This document shows, piece after piece, positions 1-10,393 of a DNA stretch of 64,000 nt (positions are counted from its first letter, which is position 1; each line of letters begins with the position of its first letter). This DNA comes from Coleofasciculus sp. B1-GNL1-01 (GTDB lineage Bacteria; Cyanobacteriota; Cyanobacteriia; Cyanobacteriales; Coleofasciculaceae). The stretch lies in assembly GCA_040220235.1 (NCBI GenBank), contig JAVJTO010000055.1, one strand, 5' to 3'. Position numbers and translations under genes: made by a program. The notes below the pieces were generated by a model. The model was not told where the DNA came from and made no database searches. It was given only the letters and a program-made list of their open reading frames with translations.

Positions 1-490
1 AACAATCGCACTTGGGGACAATCCTCACTTCTACTATACGGTTAGCCACTTGACTGGTCAACTCAATATTAGTTCCTGATAGTTTGACTAATCCTTTTCT
101 TCTGGCTACTTTACTGATCGCTTGAATTGTATAAATTAGAAGATTTCGTCCTTTTTTTGTATCTTTGTAGCCAGGTATTTTCGGTCTACCTATAAATTTA
201 TCGGGATGCTTTTTAAATTCAGAGTTCGCGGCGAAAAAAGATTTCCAGTTCCGCTCTAATCCCCTTAAAACTTGCTGCGATACTTTCGCGGGTAAGGCTT
301 TGTATGGCTCTGTGTTTTTCATCATAGTAGCCATCTGATTATAAGTCAAATACCCATGACCATAAATCCAGTTTTGACGGATGAGATAATTGGCTGAGTT
401 ATAAAGATTTTTAGACTGCCAAGACAAGCGATCTATCGATCTCCAAAAACGATGACCTTTTTTGATTATATGTCTTTCCGATAGTAGCAT
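1..490 (-). CDS. tnpB: TnpB of an IS607-family element (5' part; runs off the window edge)
   Basis: Not in the ORF track. Manual translation from ATG at 490 (TAATG overlap with the tnpA stop) gives MLLSERHIIKKGHRFW...SKNLYNSANYLIRQ...YKALPAKVSQQVLR...WKSFF...GRPKIPGYK, a typical TnpB N-terminus. Confidence 0.9.
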   Translation of the reverse strand, partial: MLLSERHIIKKGHRFWRSIDRLSWQSKNLYNSANYLIRQNWIYGHGYLTYNQMATMMKNTEPYKALPAKVSQQVLRGLERNWKSFFAANSEFKKHPDKFIGRPKIPGYKDTKKGRNLLIYTIQAISKVARRKGLVKLSGTNIELTSQVANRIVEVRIVPKCDC

Positions 491-1071
491 TATTGTCCGT
501 GAAATTTTAACTCGGCTATAATCTTTTCGGTTTTTCGTTTCGACCTTCTTAATCCGTACATCCGCGAACAAAAGGAAGTGATAATGGCGATTAAGTCTTC
601 CATTAATTCATCTGTTTTATCCTCACTTTGATTGACAATTTCAACTTTCTTGTCTAATTCTTTGAGGAGGATCTCTATATAATTCGTTCCAAATCTAGCG
701 AGACGATCTTTATGTTCTACAATCAAAATATTGTAGTTTGGGTCTACTAGGATTTTTGCTAATTGTTTTCGATTGTCATTTAAACCACTGCCAATCTCTT
801 TGACAATTTTATAAATTTTGTAGCCTCGGGCAATTGCATAATCTTTTAACCGCTCTGCTTGTCGATCTAGATTATCTTTGTTTTGGGCGCTGGAAACTCT
901 TGCATAAATACAAGCTATCAAGTCAGGTTTCAAGTTGTCCTCAATCGCCTCTGAAGTTATGATAATCGTACCAGACGGCAATTGATAACCCGTCAAATTT
1001 CCTTGTTTCCACCACCTCCAGGCAGTCCGATAACTGATTCCTGCTTTTTTGGCATAGTCTGATAGTTTCAT
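490..1071 (-). CDS. tnpA: IS607-family serine recombinase transposase TnpA
   Basis: N-terminal MerR-like HTH (GISYRTAWRW), YARVSS catalytic motif, EIGSGLN and EHKDRLARFG motifs. Confidence 0.95.
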   Translation of the reverse strand: MKLSDYAKKAGISYRTAWRWWKQGNLTGYQLPSGTIIITSEAIEDNLKPDLIACIYARVSSAQNKDNLDRQAERLKDYAIARGYKIYKIVKEIGSGLNDNRKQLAKILVDPNYNILIVEHKDRLARFGTNYIEILLKELDKKVEIVNQSEDKTDELMEDLIAIITSFCSRMYGLRRSKRKTEKIIAELKFHGQ

Positions 1072-1464
1072 GTTTATATATTACCAAACATGACTATATC
1101 TGACTATATTGTTATTGAAAGTTTACAATACCCTGAGTAGGCTATATCCTGCTCAGAGTCTTGATTTTATGGACTTTGTAGGGGTTACTAAGTCTACCTA
1201 ATAATAAAAAAAGATAGCCATTTAGCATTCAATGCGCTGAAGTGTCGCTCTTATCCTTGCTCCTGCTTGCATGAACTGTCGGCACGGATCAGAAGAGTAT
1301 CCTCGAACTACCTTGGCTCTCTCTTGATTGTGTAACCATTGCTCTAACCCTTAGTCAATTCATAGTCAAAGTCAATAGTCAAATCGACAAAAATTTAGAG
1401 GAACAGCGCCACCGTAAGTAAGGCTATTCCCCTGAAAAACTTACTCTATAAGGTTTCTAATAAA

Positions 1465-1537
1465 TGGCTCAGGTCGGATTTGAACCAACGACCTTGGGCT
1501 TATGAGTCCCCTGCTCTAACCACTGAGCTACTGAGCC
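1465..1537 (-). tRNA. trnM: tRNA-Met (CAT), probably elongator
   Basis: Reverse complement GGCTCAGTAGCTCAGTGGTTAGAGCAGGGGACTCATAAGCCCAAGGTCGTTGGTTCAAATCCGACCTGAGCCA: 73-nt cloverleaf with CAT anticodon. Confidence 0.95.
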
Positions 1538-1557
1538 GTTTTTTTTACAGCCTCCTT

Positions 1558-1586
1558 AATTTAGCATAACGCTTACGTGAAGACAA
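1558..1586 (-). promoter_or_regulatory. Putative sigma70 promoter of tRNA-Met
   Basis: TTGTCT-N17-TAAATT with an extended TG, about 20 nt upstream of the tRNA. Confidence 0.5.
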
Positions 1587-1697
1587 GCTTTTTTCCAACA
1601 TCTATCCCCAATCAATTTATCAATTCGGTAATGGGTAAGACACCTATATTGATGCCTACTCATTCAGTTCGTAGTCAGGGAACCTGAGCCCTAGATT

Positions 1698-1784
1698 GGG
1701 TTGGGTTTCGACTTCGCTCAACCCAACCCCCCTATACCATTTAAGCTGTGTTCCGTTAGAAGAGGCGTTGCTGGCAACGCCTCT
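1698..1784. repeat. Two short palindromic dispersed repeats
   Basis: GGGTTGGGTTTCGACTTCGCTCAACCCAACCCC (related copy at about 17931-17973) and AGAGGCGTTGCTGGCAACGCCTCT. Confidence 0.7.
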
Positions 1785-1811
1785 CCAAAGTTCTGTCACT
1801 CAGCAAATCAA

Positions 1812-4430
1812 CTACCGCTTATCAGGTAGAAAAGCCATGGGATTAACGGCTCCGCGTCCTCCTGGATGAACCTCAAAGTGCAAATGGGGTCCGGTACTGT
1901 AACCCGTACTACCCATTTCCGAAATTTGTTGACCTTGGTCAACCTCTTGACCCCGGCGCACCAAAATTCGATGGTTGTGGGCATAGAGGGTCAAGCTACC
2001 ATCCGGATGTTTGATTTCCACCAATTTGCCGTAGCCACCGGAATTCCAACCAGCGGTAACGACAACACCAGGGGCAGCTGCCACAATCGGTGTACCGATA
2101 GGAGCTGCAATATCAATCCCCTTGTGCATGCGTCCCCAACGCATCCCGTAGCCAGAGGTCAAAACCCCCTTGCTGGGCCAAATATAGCCATTAAATCGCG
2201 CAGGGCTATCCGGCAAGTACATATCCGGAGCGGACAGAGGAGGCAATTGAGGTGCAACTGTTGTCCCAACCGGGGTTTGCAGCATCGGGTTATAACTTGC
2301 TGGTGGGGCTGGGGCGGCGGCTACAACCTGCTCCTTCGGTTCAGATGGGGTTGCCGCAGGTGGCGGTACTGCGATGGGAACTGAAGTGGCTTGAGTTTCC
2401 TGTTCATACCGCTGCGGATTGAATTCCGGATTGACCCTAACGGGTATTGATTGCTCAGCTACACTCGGCGCAACTGGCGCAGATGGAACTACCACTTCGC
2501 TCGGTGAACTGGTCTGACCCGTGGTTTGCTGACGGCGATATTCTGCCCGCATTCTCAGAATATCCGCCCTCAAGCGTTCAACGTAGGGGTTGTCCCCGGC
2601 GTTAGCGGGCTGATTCCGTTTCGCCTCTAACGCGATAGGGGTATTGGTTGGGGCGTTTTCACCAACGGAGGATTGGGTAAGAACAGTTGATGAAGCGGTT
2701 GGCGGTTGAGATGTTGGTACTGTTGGGGTAATCGGTGAGGCGGATGTTGCTGTGGTGGGAACAACGACTCTGGGTGCTTCAACCTCTGGTTGGACTGAGC
2801 GAGTCACCGAATTGTTGGATTGCTCCTGAATCCCCGGTAAAAACGTGACTCGTTGCTCAGATGACTCAGCCGATGGCGGCGTGGGAATGGTGAGCTGTTG
2901 ATTGACCCGAATCAGGTTGGGATTATTTAAGCCGTTCGCTTGAATTAATTCAGAACGGGATAAACCATAACGACGTGCGATCGCGTCTACTGTATCTCCA
3001 GGTTTAACCGCGTAAGTACTCGTCGCCGCTCTATTGGCTACCACCGTTTCCATCACCACGGGCTGCGGTGTTGGGGGTTGAGCAGTGATTTCTGGCGTTG
3101 TGACGGGTTCCAGCTTTGAATTGGGGAAGGTGATCGGTGTTTGGTCTTCCGATACCTCTGGTGAGGTCAAATGCTCTGGACTTGGCGTAGGAACCGGAAT
3201 CACCACGGATGAGGGTGATGGCTTCGGTGTGTTTTCCTCAATCGCCAGAGACGCGGCTGTGTCTGGAGTGGGAACCGGAATCACCACAGACGATTCCGAT
3301 GAGCGAGCCGCTTTGGATTCTGACCCTGAGGCGGCTTCGGCGTCTGGAGTGGGAACTGGAATCACCACGGGTGACTGGTATCCATTAACCCCTAAGGACT
3401 CCACCGTCGGTGAGGCGGCAATTTCTGGAGTGGGAACCGGAATAACGACAGGAGATTGAGATTGATTGACCGCCGTTGAGTCTACTGTCGGTGATGCCGC
3501 AATTTCCGGAGTGGGAACTGGGATACCAATAGGACTGTTAGAATTCGTCGCCGCTGACGCTGGGATACGTTCTGCCCCTGGGAGACGGGTTGCTGACGCG
3601 GAGGGCGTCGCTGCTGTTGCTGTTCGGTTGATGGACTCCTCAGACCTCAACTCCGCCAGACTGTCATTTAAGCGGTTCCGTTTGTGTTTTAAATTATCAA
3701 CAGCAACATCTTGTCTCGCCTTAAGCAGGTCATCGACCTGACCCGGAACGGTGACAGATTCACCCGTTTTGAGCTGACCGGATGCGGATACCCCAGTGGA
3801 GTTCCGTAGCTGATTTGGCTCGACTCCATAAGATTTGGATACGGATTCGACCGTTTCTCCCGGTTTAGCCTCGTGAACAATACCGTTCACAGTCGGGATT
3901 TTTAGCTGCTGTCCAACTGCAAGATTGGCGTTAGGTTGGACAGGATTCGACGCCGCGATCGCTTCTGGAGCTACTTTATAGGTTTGCGAAACCTCCCATA
4001 GCGTTTGCCCTTCCTGTACATTGTGTTGTACGACAGGTTTCGATTGGGCTGGCGATTGGGCTGGGGTTGGAGCTGGTGTAGCTAGCGGCAGTTTCGAGCG
4101 CTGGGCAACGTCTGGTTCGCTTTCTGTTGGCACAGACGCAGGCGTTGACACGCCAACAGGCAAAGTTGTCAGCGTTGGCTCAGAGGCAATGGGTTCCAAG
4201 GCTACGGCTTCATCACCTTGTTGGGGTAACAACAAGCTGGAAGCTCCCATGGAAATTGCCAATCCAATCATGGCAGCAGAAGTCCTAGCTCTGCGGTTAC
4301 CTTCGGTCGGAATGGTTGCGCCGACTGGCGGCTTCTCCCCAGAAAGCTTTAACAAAGCCTCAAAGGAGTGGGCGGAGTTGGCTGCACACGAAGGAACCTG
4401 TTTAACCTTCTGCGTAAATGTCCGTTTCAA
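1812..4430 (-). CDS. LysM-domain M23 peptidoglycan endopeptidase (NlpD-like)
   Basis: Three LysM-like segments and C-terminal M23 motifs HKGID and GPHLHFE. Start moved to TTG 4430 (MKRTF), which follows a GAGG RBS. Confidence 0.9.
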   Translation of the reverse strand: MKRTFTQKVKQVPSCAANSAHSFEALLKLSGEKPPVGATIPTEGNRRARTSAAMIGLAISMGASSLLLPQQGDEAVALEPIASEPTLTTLPVGVSTPASVPTESEPDVAQRSKLPLATPAPTPAQSPAQSKPVVQHNVQEGQTLWEVSQTYKVAPEAIAASNPVQPNANLAVGQQLKIPTVNGIVHEAKPGETVESVSKSYGVEPNQLRNSTGVSASGQLKTGESVTVPGQVDDLLKARQDVAVDNLKHKRNRLNDSLAELRSEESINRTATAATPSASATRLPGAERIPASAATNSNSPIGIPVPTPEIAASPTVDSTAVNQSQSPVVIPVPTPEIAASPTVESLGVNGYQSPVVIPVPTPDAEAASGSESKAARSSESSVVIPVPTPDTAASLAIEENTPKPSPSSVVIPVPTPSPEHLTSPEVSEDQTPITFPNSKLEPVTTPEITAQPPTPQPVVMETVVANRAATSTYAVKPGDTVDAIARRYGLSRSELIQANGLNNPNLIRVNQQLTIPTPPSAESSEQRVTFLPGIQEQSNNSVTRSVQPEVEAPRVVVPTTATSASPITPTVPTSQPPTASSTVLTQSSVGENAPTNTPIALEAKRNQPANAGDNPYVERLRADILRMRAEYRRQQTTGQTSSPSEVVVPSAPVAPSVAEQSIPVRVNPEFNPQRYEQETQATSVPIAVPPPAATPSEPKEQVVAAAPAPPASYNPMLQTPVGTTVAPQLPPLSAPDMYLPDSPARFNGYIWPSKGVLTSGYGMRWGRMHKGIDIAAPIGTPIVAAAPGVVVTAGWNSGGYGKLVEIKHPDGSLTLYAHNHRILVRRGQEVDQGQQISEMGSTGYSTGPHLHFEVHPGGRGAVNPMAFLPDKR

Positions 4431-5423
4431 AAACGACCTCCTAGTGTGTGACGAGCACTTAACAGTTCCTAAATGGTTTTCCCAGTCAATAAGGGATCTC
4501 ACCCTAAAATGTGATTTAGATCACGGACAGTGAACATACTTAGGCAAGAGTACCCTGCTTTTTTGATTTAGACAAGCTAATCTGACTGGATAAATTTCTA
4601 GTTGTTGACGATCACCGCTCGATTCACCCTTTATGAAGCCATAACTCGCTGTCTCTGGACGAATATATTTTCATACTTGATAAACGAGACACGGTTGATA
4701 GTCGGGCGGTTTTTGCCAAGGGTTGTGCATAGAACATACAGACTTGACAGGCTTTTCTCCGGAAGAGGGCTAGAGTTTCAAACCGAACTCTAAAGTTGGT
4801 TTGTTGCTTTCTCAGCCTTCTAGACTATCCGGTGATCGCAGGATTTAGCAACTGTATAGAGCTCAAGCTCATAGTCTAGCAACCGATAGTTTAGCAGTTA
4901 ACGATTACAGACGGCACTTTACGTGAATTTTTGGTAAAGAACAACCGTACAGTCTACCCAAGCTTTCCCGGCTTAGGAACGCTGTTGTCGGTGACTTCTC
5001 CTTTGCTAAAATCGCGCTTTCTCTTACGGATATAGGGTTTGAGGCTCCTGAGGCAACCTGCTTAGGATGATTAAAATCTATCAATCCGCCTCGATTGGGC
5101 AGGACTCTTCTGTATAGAAATTTCTTATCAAAGGAGTGGCTTTTCCGTATTCTAGATAGCTGAATTCAGCGTCATTAATTTTTTGGCAGAGATAAATAAA
5201 GAACATGCCATCTCCACAAAGGGGGAACTTGTTAAATTTTAATTAATTTTAATTAAACATTGATCCGATTAAATAAAGTTATATATACGGCAGTATACAT
5301 AAATGTAGTATCTTGTTGTACGTTTAAACGCTTCAGGTCAAGCCAAGTCTCAGGAATTAGCGGCTGCTGAAGGTGGAGGTTTATTCTTTTTAAATACTTG
5401 AACGCTATCAGGGAATGGTCTTC

Positions 5424-5885
5424 CTAGATCAGGTATCCCAATTGACGCCGTGCTTCAAACAAACCCAAAGCCGCGCTGACGGAAAGATTTAAACTGCGAA
5501 CACCGGGTTGTGTCATTGGAATAACCACAGTTGCGCCACACTGAGCTAAAACAGATGGGGACAATCCTTGGGTTTCGCTGCCAAATAACAACCAGTCATT
5601 GGGTTGAAATTGGAATTGAACATAACTGTATTGCCCAGAAGTGCTGAAACCAATCCATCGCCCTCCCAGCTTTTGGGAAACCTGATTAAATGCCTCCAAG
5701 GTTTCATGGTAGTGAAACTTGACATAGGGCCAATAATCAAGTCCGGCTCGCTTGAGGTAGCGATCGCTAATTTCAAATCCCAAGGGTCCAACTAGATGTA
5801 ACTCCGTGTCTGTAGCGGCACAGGTACGGGCGACATTGCCTGTATTGGGCGGAATTTGGGGGCAAACTAAGACAACCCTAAGCAT
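5424..5885 (-). CDS. trmL: tRNA (cytidine/uridine-2'-O)-methyltransferase
   Basis: PQIPPNTGN, RAGLDYW, FGSETQGL and RSLNLS SPOUT motifs. Confidence 0.93.
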   Translation of the reverse strand: MLRVVLVCPQIPPNTGNVARTCAATDTELHLVGPLGFEISDRYLKRAGLDYWPYVKFHYHETLEAFNQVSQKLGGRWIGFSTSGQYSYVQFQFQPNDWLLFGSETQGLSPSVLAQCGATVVIPMTQPGVRSLNLSVSAALGLFEARRQLGYLI

Positions 5886-6064
5886 AAAACCTCAAACCTC
5901 TTGTCAATCTTACCCTACACACTCAGGGAAACTGAATGAATTGGATTAGACCCATTGGAAATTGTGATAGTATATGTTTTTTTAATATCAGCTTTTGGGG
6001 AGAAGCTGATTAGATATTTTAATTTTTAGCCCGAACAGTCTTGACAAATCATCCCTCCTGGTTA

Positions 6065-7210
6065 TTAAGCCACTAAAGCCTGACACAACTTATCTTCAAG
6101 TTCGTTTTCTTGTTCCGCCATGTCTTGAATCGCTCGGTTGAGAATTTGCTGGGTATCAAAGCCCACAGATTGCAGTTGTAACCATTGTCCGGCTGTATTC
6201 CCTTGGCGGAGAATTTTTTTCAGGGGAGAAAGGAAACAACTGAAGCCTTTCGCTTTGGCAATAGGTAAAACCTCTTGATAGAGTTCATCAATCCATTGCC
6301 GTGCCGAAATCGTTCTGCCATCCTGCCAATGGGTGAGTTTTGCATCTAAGCTAGAACGAGCAACCGCCATTTCGTTGGCGTCGGTGAGGGCGACTAAGTT
6401 AGCAGCGCGAGTCGATGTTTGACCTCCGTAGAGAGGGTCAAGACTCGGATCATTTAAAAGCTGGATCAAACGGGCTTCTAGTAAAGCAGTTACCGCCAGC
6501 AGGGCAATCGGATCAACGACTAAATCACAAATTCTCAATTCCAGACGATTTAAATCATAAGGGCGTCGATTACCATTGGGACGAACCGATGACCAAAGAT
6601 GGCGAACGTTACACATGGTTCCCGCTTCGAGTTGGGCTTCTGTCCACTCAATAAAATGAGCATGGCTTTCAAATAAAGGAACCTGAGACGGGGTTTTGGG
6701 AAAAATTGCCCAGCGCGTGGAGTGATACCCTGTGGCTTTTCCATCGAGAAAGGGAGAGGATGCACTTAACGCCAAGTATAAGGGGGCTTCTACCCGTACC
6801 AGACGGCAGGCTTGCATCAGCAGTTCTGGGTCAGCAATGCCCACATTAATATGAACACTCGCCGTGACCACCTTAGTGCCGTAGGTTTGCTCAATGTAGT
6901 CATGATAAGGGTTTTGCGGGTCAGAGCGGTAGAAGCGATCGCTCCCCCCTAGAGACAGGGTACTGCCGGGAATCAGGGTGTAGTTTCCCAGGGTTTTCAG
7001 ATAAGCGCGGAGTTGTTGGCGCGGGCGTACTAAAGCGCATAAGAGGCGATCATAGCCACAGAAAGGAGCGGTGGTATATTCGACATTGCGGGTATCCGGT
7101 TCCCGCATGAAGCCATCCAAGGATGCCACAATCCGATCAGAAAGACCGACAATTTCCCCCTGGGGAGTGCCAGTATACATTTCAATTTCAAAGCCTTTCG
7201 ATAGCAGCAC
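6065..7210 (-). CDS. gshA: Glutamate--cysteine ligase (cyanobacterial type)
   Basis: LLSKGFEIEMYTG, EPDTRNVEY, SVHINVG and NRLELRICD motifs. GTG start at 7210 after AGGAG. Confidence 0.92.
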   Translation of the reverse strand: MLLSKGFEIEMYTGTPQGEIVGLSDRIVASLDGFMREPDTRNVEYTTAPFCGYDRLLCALVRPRQQLRAYLKTLGNYTLIPGSTLSLGGSDRFYRSDPQNPYHDYIEQTYGTKVVTASVHINVGIADPELLMQACRLVRVEAPLYLALSASSPFLDGKATGYHSTRWAIFPKTPSQVPLFESHAHFIEWTEAQLEAGTMCNVRHLWSSVRPNGNRRPYDLNRLELRICDLVVDPIALLAVTALLEARLIQLLNDPSLDPLYGGQTSTRAANLVALTDANEMAVARSSLDAKLTHWQDGRTISARQWIDELYQEVLPIAKAKGFSCFLSPLKKILRQGNTAGQWLQLQSVGFDTQQILNRAIQDMAEQENELEDKLCQALVA

Positions 7211-7301
7211 GGTATCTCCTAGAGCTGGGTAGAGCAACCTCTTAACTCTTCAAGTGTATCAGTGGAAAGAGATTGACTATAAATTTTAAAGATTCTAGTA
7301 G

Positions 7302-7330
7302 GTAGGGACACGGCAATGCCGTGTCCCTAC
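7302..7330. repeat. GTAG-type REP palindrome
   Basis: GTAGGGACACGGCAATGCCGTGTCCCTAC, a perfect inverted repeat. Confidence 0.85.
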
Positions 7331-7396
7331 AGGTAACGCCAGAACCACCAATTTGCCTATGTCCTATCGAGTCAAAGCTTCCATTCCCGGTTCTGT

Positions 7397-8311
7397 TCAC
7401 ACCCGATGACGATAAACATCATTAGCGGCACGATGGAGGAGAGAGTGACGGTAGATTAATGCTTTCATGTCATCTCCATAGCCACCTCCAATCACCGTAG
7501 CGACAGGGTAGCCTGCGGCGATACAGGTACTGAGTACCTGCATTTCACGGCGGTAAATTCCCGTATCGGTTAAGGCTAGCTTACCAAAGCGATCGCAGGC
7601 ATGGGTGTCTACTCCAGCATCATAGAGAACCAAGTCAGGCTGAACCTCAGACAAGATATCAGGGAGATAGTGGGCTAAGGTTTGTAGGTAAGCATCGTCA
7701 TCCATACCCACCGGGAGAGGAATGTCAAGATCACTTTTTTGTTTAGTGGCGGGGAAGTTGACCTCACAGTGCATCGAGAAGGTAAAGACAGTGGGGTCAT
7801 TTTGAAAAATAAACGCTGTACCATCTCCTTGATGAACATCGAGGTCAAGAATTAGGATTTTTTGGACTAATCCCAGAGTCTGGAGAACACGAGTCGCGAT
7901 CGCTAAATCATTAAAGATACAAAAACCTGATCCGTAACTGGGAAATGCATGATGAGTTCCTCCCGCCGTATTACAAGCAATACCATGAGTCAGGGCAAGT
8001 TGAGCTGTCAGGATTGTCCCCCCAACCGCCGTACAGGTTCGCGTCACCAAGCCGGGACTCCAGGGTAATCCAATCCGGCGCTGGGCTTTCGGGTCAAGTG
8101 TGCCGTTGCAGTAAGCCTGGATGTAGTCAGGGGTGTGGATCAGTTGAATCCATTCTGTGGGTGGAGGATTGGGAGTGTGGATGTTTTCAGGAGTGACAAT
8201 CGTATCGGCGAGGAGGAGTTCACAAAGTTTGCCAAATTTGGACATGGGAAAACGATGTCCAGGTGGAAGGGGGGTAACGTAGTCGGGGTGATAGACGATT
8301 GGCAGGTTCAT
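7397..8311 (-). CDS. Histone deacetylase family protein
   Basis: GHRFPM, GGTHHA, GFCIFND, DLDVHQGDGT and GGGY motifs. Confidence 0.93.
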   Translation of the reverse strand: MNLPIVYHPDYVTPLPPGHRFPMSKFGKLCELLLADTIVTPENIHTPNPPPTEWIQLIHTPDYIQAYCNGTLDPKAQRRIGLPWSPGLVTRTCTAVGGTILTAQLALTHGIACNTAGGTHHAFPSYGSGFCIFNDLAIATRVLQTLGLVQKILILDLDVHQGDGTAFIFQNDPTVFTFSMHCEVNFPATKQKSDLDIPLPVGMDDDAYLQTLAHYLPDILSEVQPDLVLYDAGVDTHACDRFGKLALTDTGIYRREMQVLSTCIAAGYPVATVIGGGYGDDMKALIYRHSLLHRAANDVYRHRV

Positions 8312-8423
8312 GACGGTGGTAGCTACTCAGTCATGAACTATTGTCATTGATTGGTTCCTCCCCGTTTCATTGACCGCTGTATAGGCTTATTTCTCGCCTC
8401 TTTGTAGAATGTCGCTAACATTA

Positions 8424-8566
8424 AGAGCCTGGAAATAAATTTCCGGAACCTAAAGCTAAAGTAAGCTAAAGCTTACTAGGGAAGCGTTTGAACCCGTTAA
8501 AACGGGTTTAAGCTTTTAGCCGGTAGATGCGGAGCGGCTTCTCTTCGAGTACTTTAGTTCAGGGCT
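8424..8566. mobile_element. Palindrome-rich MITE-like repeat with a nested short insert
   Basis: Stacked hairpins (CTGGAAATAAATTTCCGG, AGTAAGCTAAAGCTTACT, AACCCGTTAAAACGGGTT) with an apparent insert GTAGATGCGGAGCGGCTTCTCTTCGAGTAC. Confidence 0.55.
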
Positions 8567-8621
8567 TAATTCTCCTTCAGAAGGAAGAGGCTTAGGGTAA
8601 TGTAAACCTGACTGGTGTTGC

Positions 8622-10361
8622 TTACTGAGAATTTTCATAGTTCGCGATCGCGTCTAACATTTTCTCCCTACCACCATAGTACGATTGGATGGTTTCAGCG
8701 ATTTCCATGGCGCGATCAGACTTACCCGCAACCGCTAACTCGCGCACGATTGTATCCAAGGTACTGGCTTTTACCCAGAAGTTTTCAATGGTTTTAGCAA
8801 GATGAATGGCTTGTTCATACTGTTTTGCTTCTATTAACTCGTATATAATTGCAGCAAATGCCTTATCTTTAGCCACGTCATTTTGTATAGTTTTAGCCCT
8901 ATTTAGCGCTTGGGTATATTTGCTATTTTGGGCATAATTTAACGATTCATAAATTATTTTTCCGTCTTCTCCCAAAGTCGTAGACATTTCTGAATAATCA
9001 GAATCTACTCTTTTTGTCCCCACTCCACATTCTAGTACACCATTGCTTAAAGCTGGAGGAGTAGGATATTTCATCCCAGGAGATTGCGATTCACAGAAAA
9101 TGGCTACTGTTGTTAACTTACTCTTATCCTGGTTATTGAATTTTATAAATACACCGCCAACAAAGCTTTTAATGTGGCTTTTCTTTGGAATTGCATAGTT
9201 AAAAGCATATAAGGAAGTAGTATGAGTTGAATAGATGTAAGATTGTGTTTCCAGTGCTATTCCTAAACCAAGATCACCCATGTAATCAGCAAAGTAATTT
9301 TTATCCCGAAAATAAGATTGTTGCGCCCGATTCATTGAAGCAACATACTGCTTTGCTTCTGATTCATAGGGACTTGTACCCATCTTCTTGATCGTAGGCA
9401 AGATTAAGCCAAAAACAACCCCAGCAGTAATACTAAACTGAAGTGTTATTAAAACAAAGAGACGTAGATAGCGAGATTTACGTCTATTTTTTCGGTGAAT
9501 ATCTTGCACAAAATTAGCAATTATTTCTCGACGAATCGCATCAATTTCTAGCAATGCTGATTTAGCTTTTCTGGCTTGAGTAAACCGTTTTTCTAGCGCT
9601 GGTTCAGTCATCATCTCAAGCCATTTTGCAAAAACATGATTTAAATTAACTTGAATATTTTTCTGGAAGTCCAGTCGCATATCAGACTGCGGTAAATTAG
9701 CAGGAGCAATACCTGTCAATAGATGAATTAATGTTGCTCCCAAGGCATAAAGATCACTGGCGGGTACAGCACGCCCCCAGAGTTGTTCTGGTGGCGTATA
9801 GCCGCTAGTTCCGACGACAGTAAACGTGACACCTTCAGCTTTAGCTTTATCTTGCACCGCACCGAAATCAACTAGATAGATTTGATTGTTTTTTCCTAAA
9901 ATTAGGTTACTTGGCTTAATGTCGCGATGGATAATAGGGGGACTCAGTTCATGCAAGTCGGTTAAAATAGTCAGAATCTCTTCAGCAAAGCAACGGACTT
10001 GATGTTCGGGAAAACGTTTACCTTGATCAAGCAACTGTTGCAAAGACTGACCAGGAATGTATTCTTGTACTAAGGCAAACCAACGTAATCCAGTACCATC
10101 TTCTTCGTCCACTGAAAAATAGTCGAGATAGCGAGGAATCCGGGGATGATTGATATTTTTGAGAACCTGAGCTTCCCGTTCAAATAATTTGAGATGCTCC
10201 CATTGCATCTGAGGACTAAAGGGGAGTAATTTAATAATGACTAATTGTTGTTTAGATTCGGAGGCTAAATCAAGGGCTAGCCAAGTCTGACGACTCGGTC
10301 TTTCGCTAAGTTTTTCTTGAAGTTGATAGCGTTTCTTCAACTGACACATTGTATTGAACAT
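8622..10361 (-). CDS. Ser/Thr protein kinase with TM helix, type IV pilin-like G/H domain and helical-repeat tail
   Basis: HRDIKPSN, DFG and GYTPPEQ kinase motifs; hydrophobic helix; EAKQYVASMNRAQQSYF pilin-like motif. Confidence 0.88.
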   Translation of the reverse strand: MFNTMCQLKKRYQLQEKLSERPSRQTWLALDLASESKQQLVIIKLLPFSPQMQWEHLKLFEREAQVLKNINHPRIPRYLDYFSVDEEDGTGLRWFALVQEYIPGQSLQQLLDQGKRFPEHQVRCFAEEILTILTDLHELSPPIIHRDIKPSNLILGKNNQIYLVDFGAVQDKAKAEGVTFTVVGTSGYTPPEQLWGRAVPASDLYALGATLIHLLTGIAPANLPQSDMRLDFQKNIQVNLNHVFAKWLEMMTEPALEKRFTQARKAKSALLEIDAIRREIIANFVQDIHRKNRRKSRYLRLFVLITLQFSITAGVVFGLILPTIKKMGTSPYESEAKQYVASMNRAQQSYFRDKNYFADYMGDLGLGIALETQSYIYSTHTTSLYAFNYAIPKKSHIKSFVGGVFIKFNNQDKSKLTTVAIFCESQSPGMKYPTPPALSNGVLECGVGTKRVDSDYSEMSTTLGEDGKIIYESLNYAQNSKYTQALNRAKTIQNDVAKDKAFAAIIYELIEAKQYEQAIHLAKTIENFWVKASTLDTIVRELAVAGKSDRAMEIAETIQSYYGGREKMLDAIANYENSQ

Positions 10362-10393
10362 AATGTTTTTTTACCTGTTTTATAAATTTTGAT

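Larger units (their letters stand above)
1..1132 (-). mobile_element. IS607-family insertion sequence (left part)
   Basis: Coupled tnpA-tnpB. Tandem TGACTATAT repeats at 1091-1109 and a GG (CC on +) near 1131 fit an IS607 left end. Boundary approximate. Confidence 0.8.

Noticed and set aside
1866..4533. Several + strand ORFs opposite the M23 gene, and similar antisense ORFs elsewhere
   Set aside because: They are shadows of real genes with low-complexity or biased codons.
4503..5420. Riboswitch (c-di-AMP/c-di-GMP) upstream of the cell-wall hydrolase
   Set aside because: I could not find the conserved motifs by eye. An Rfam scan is needed.
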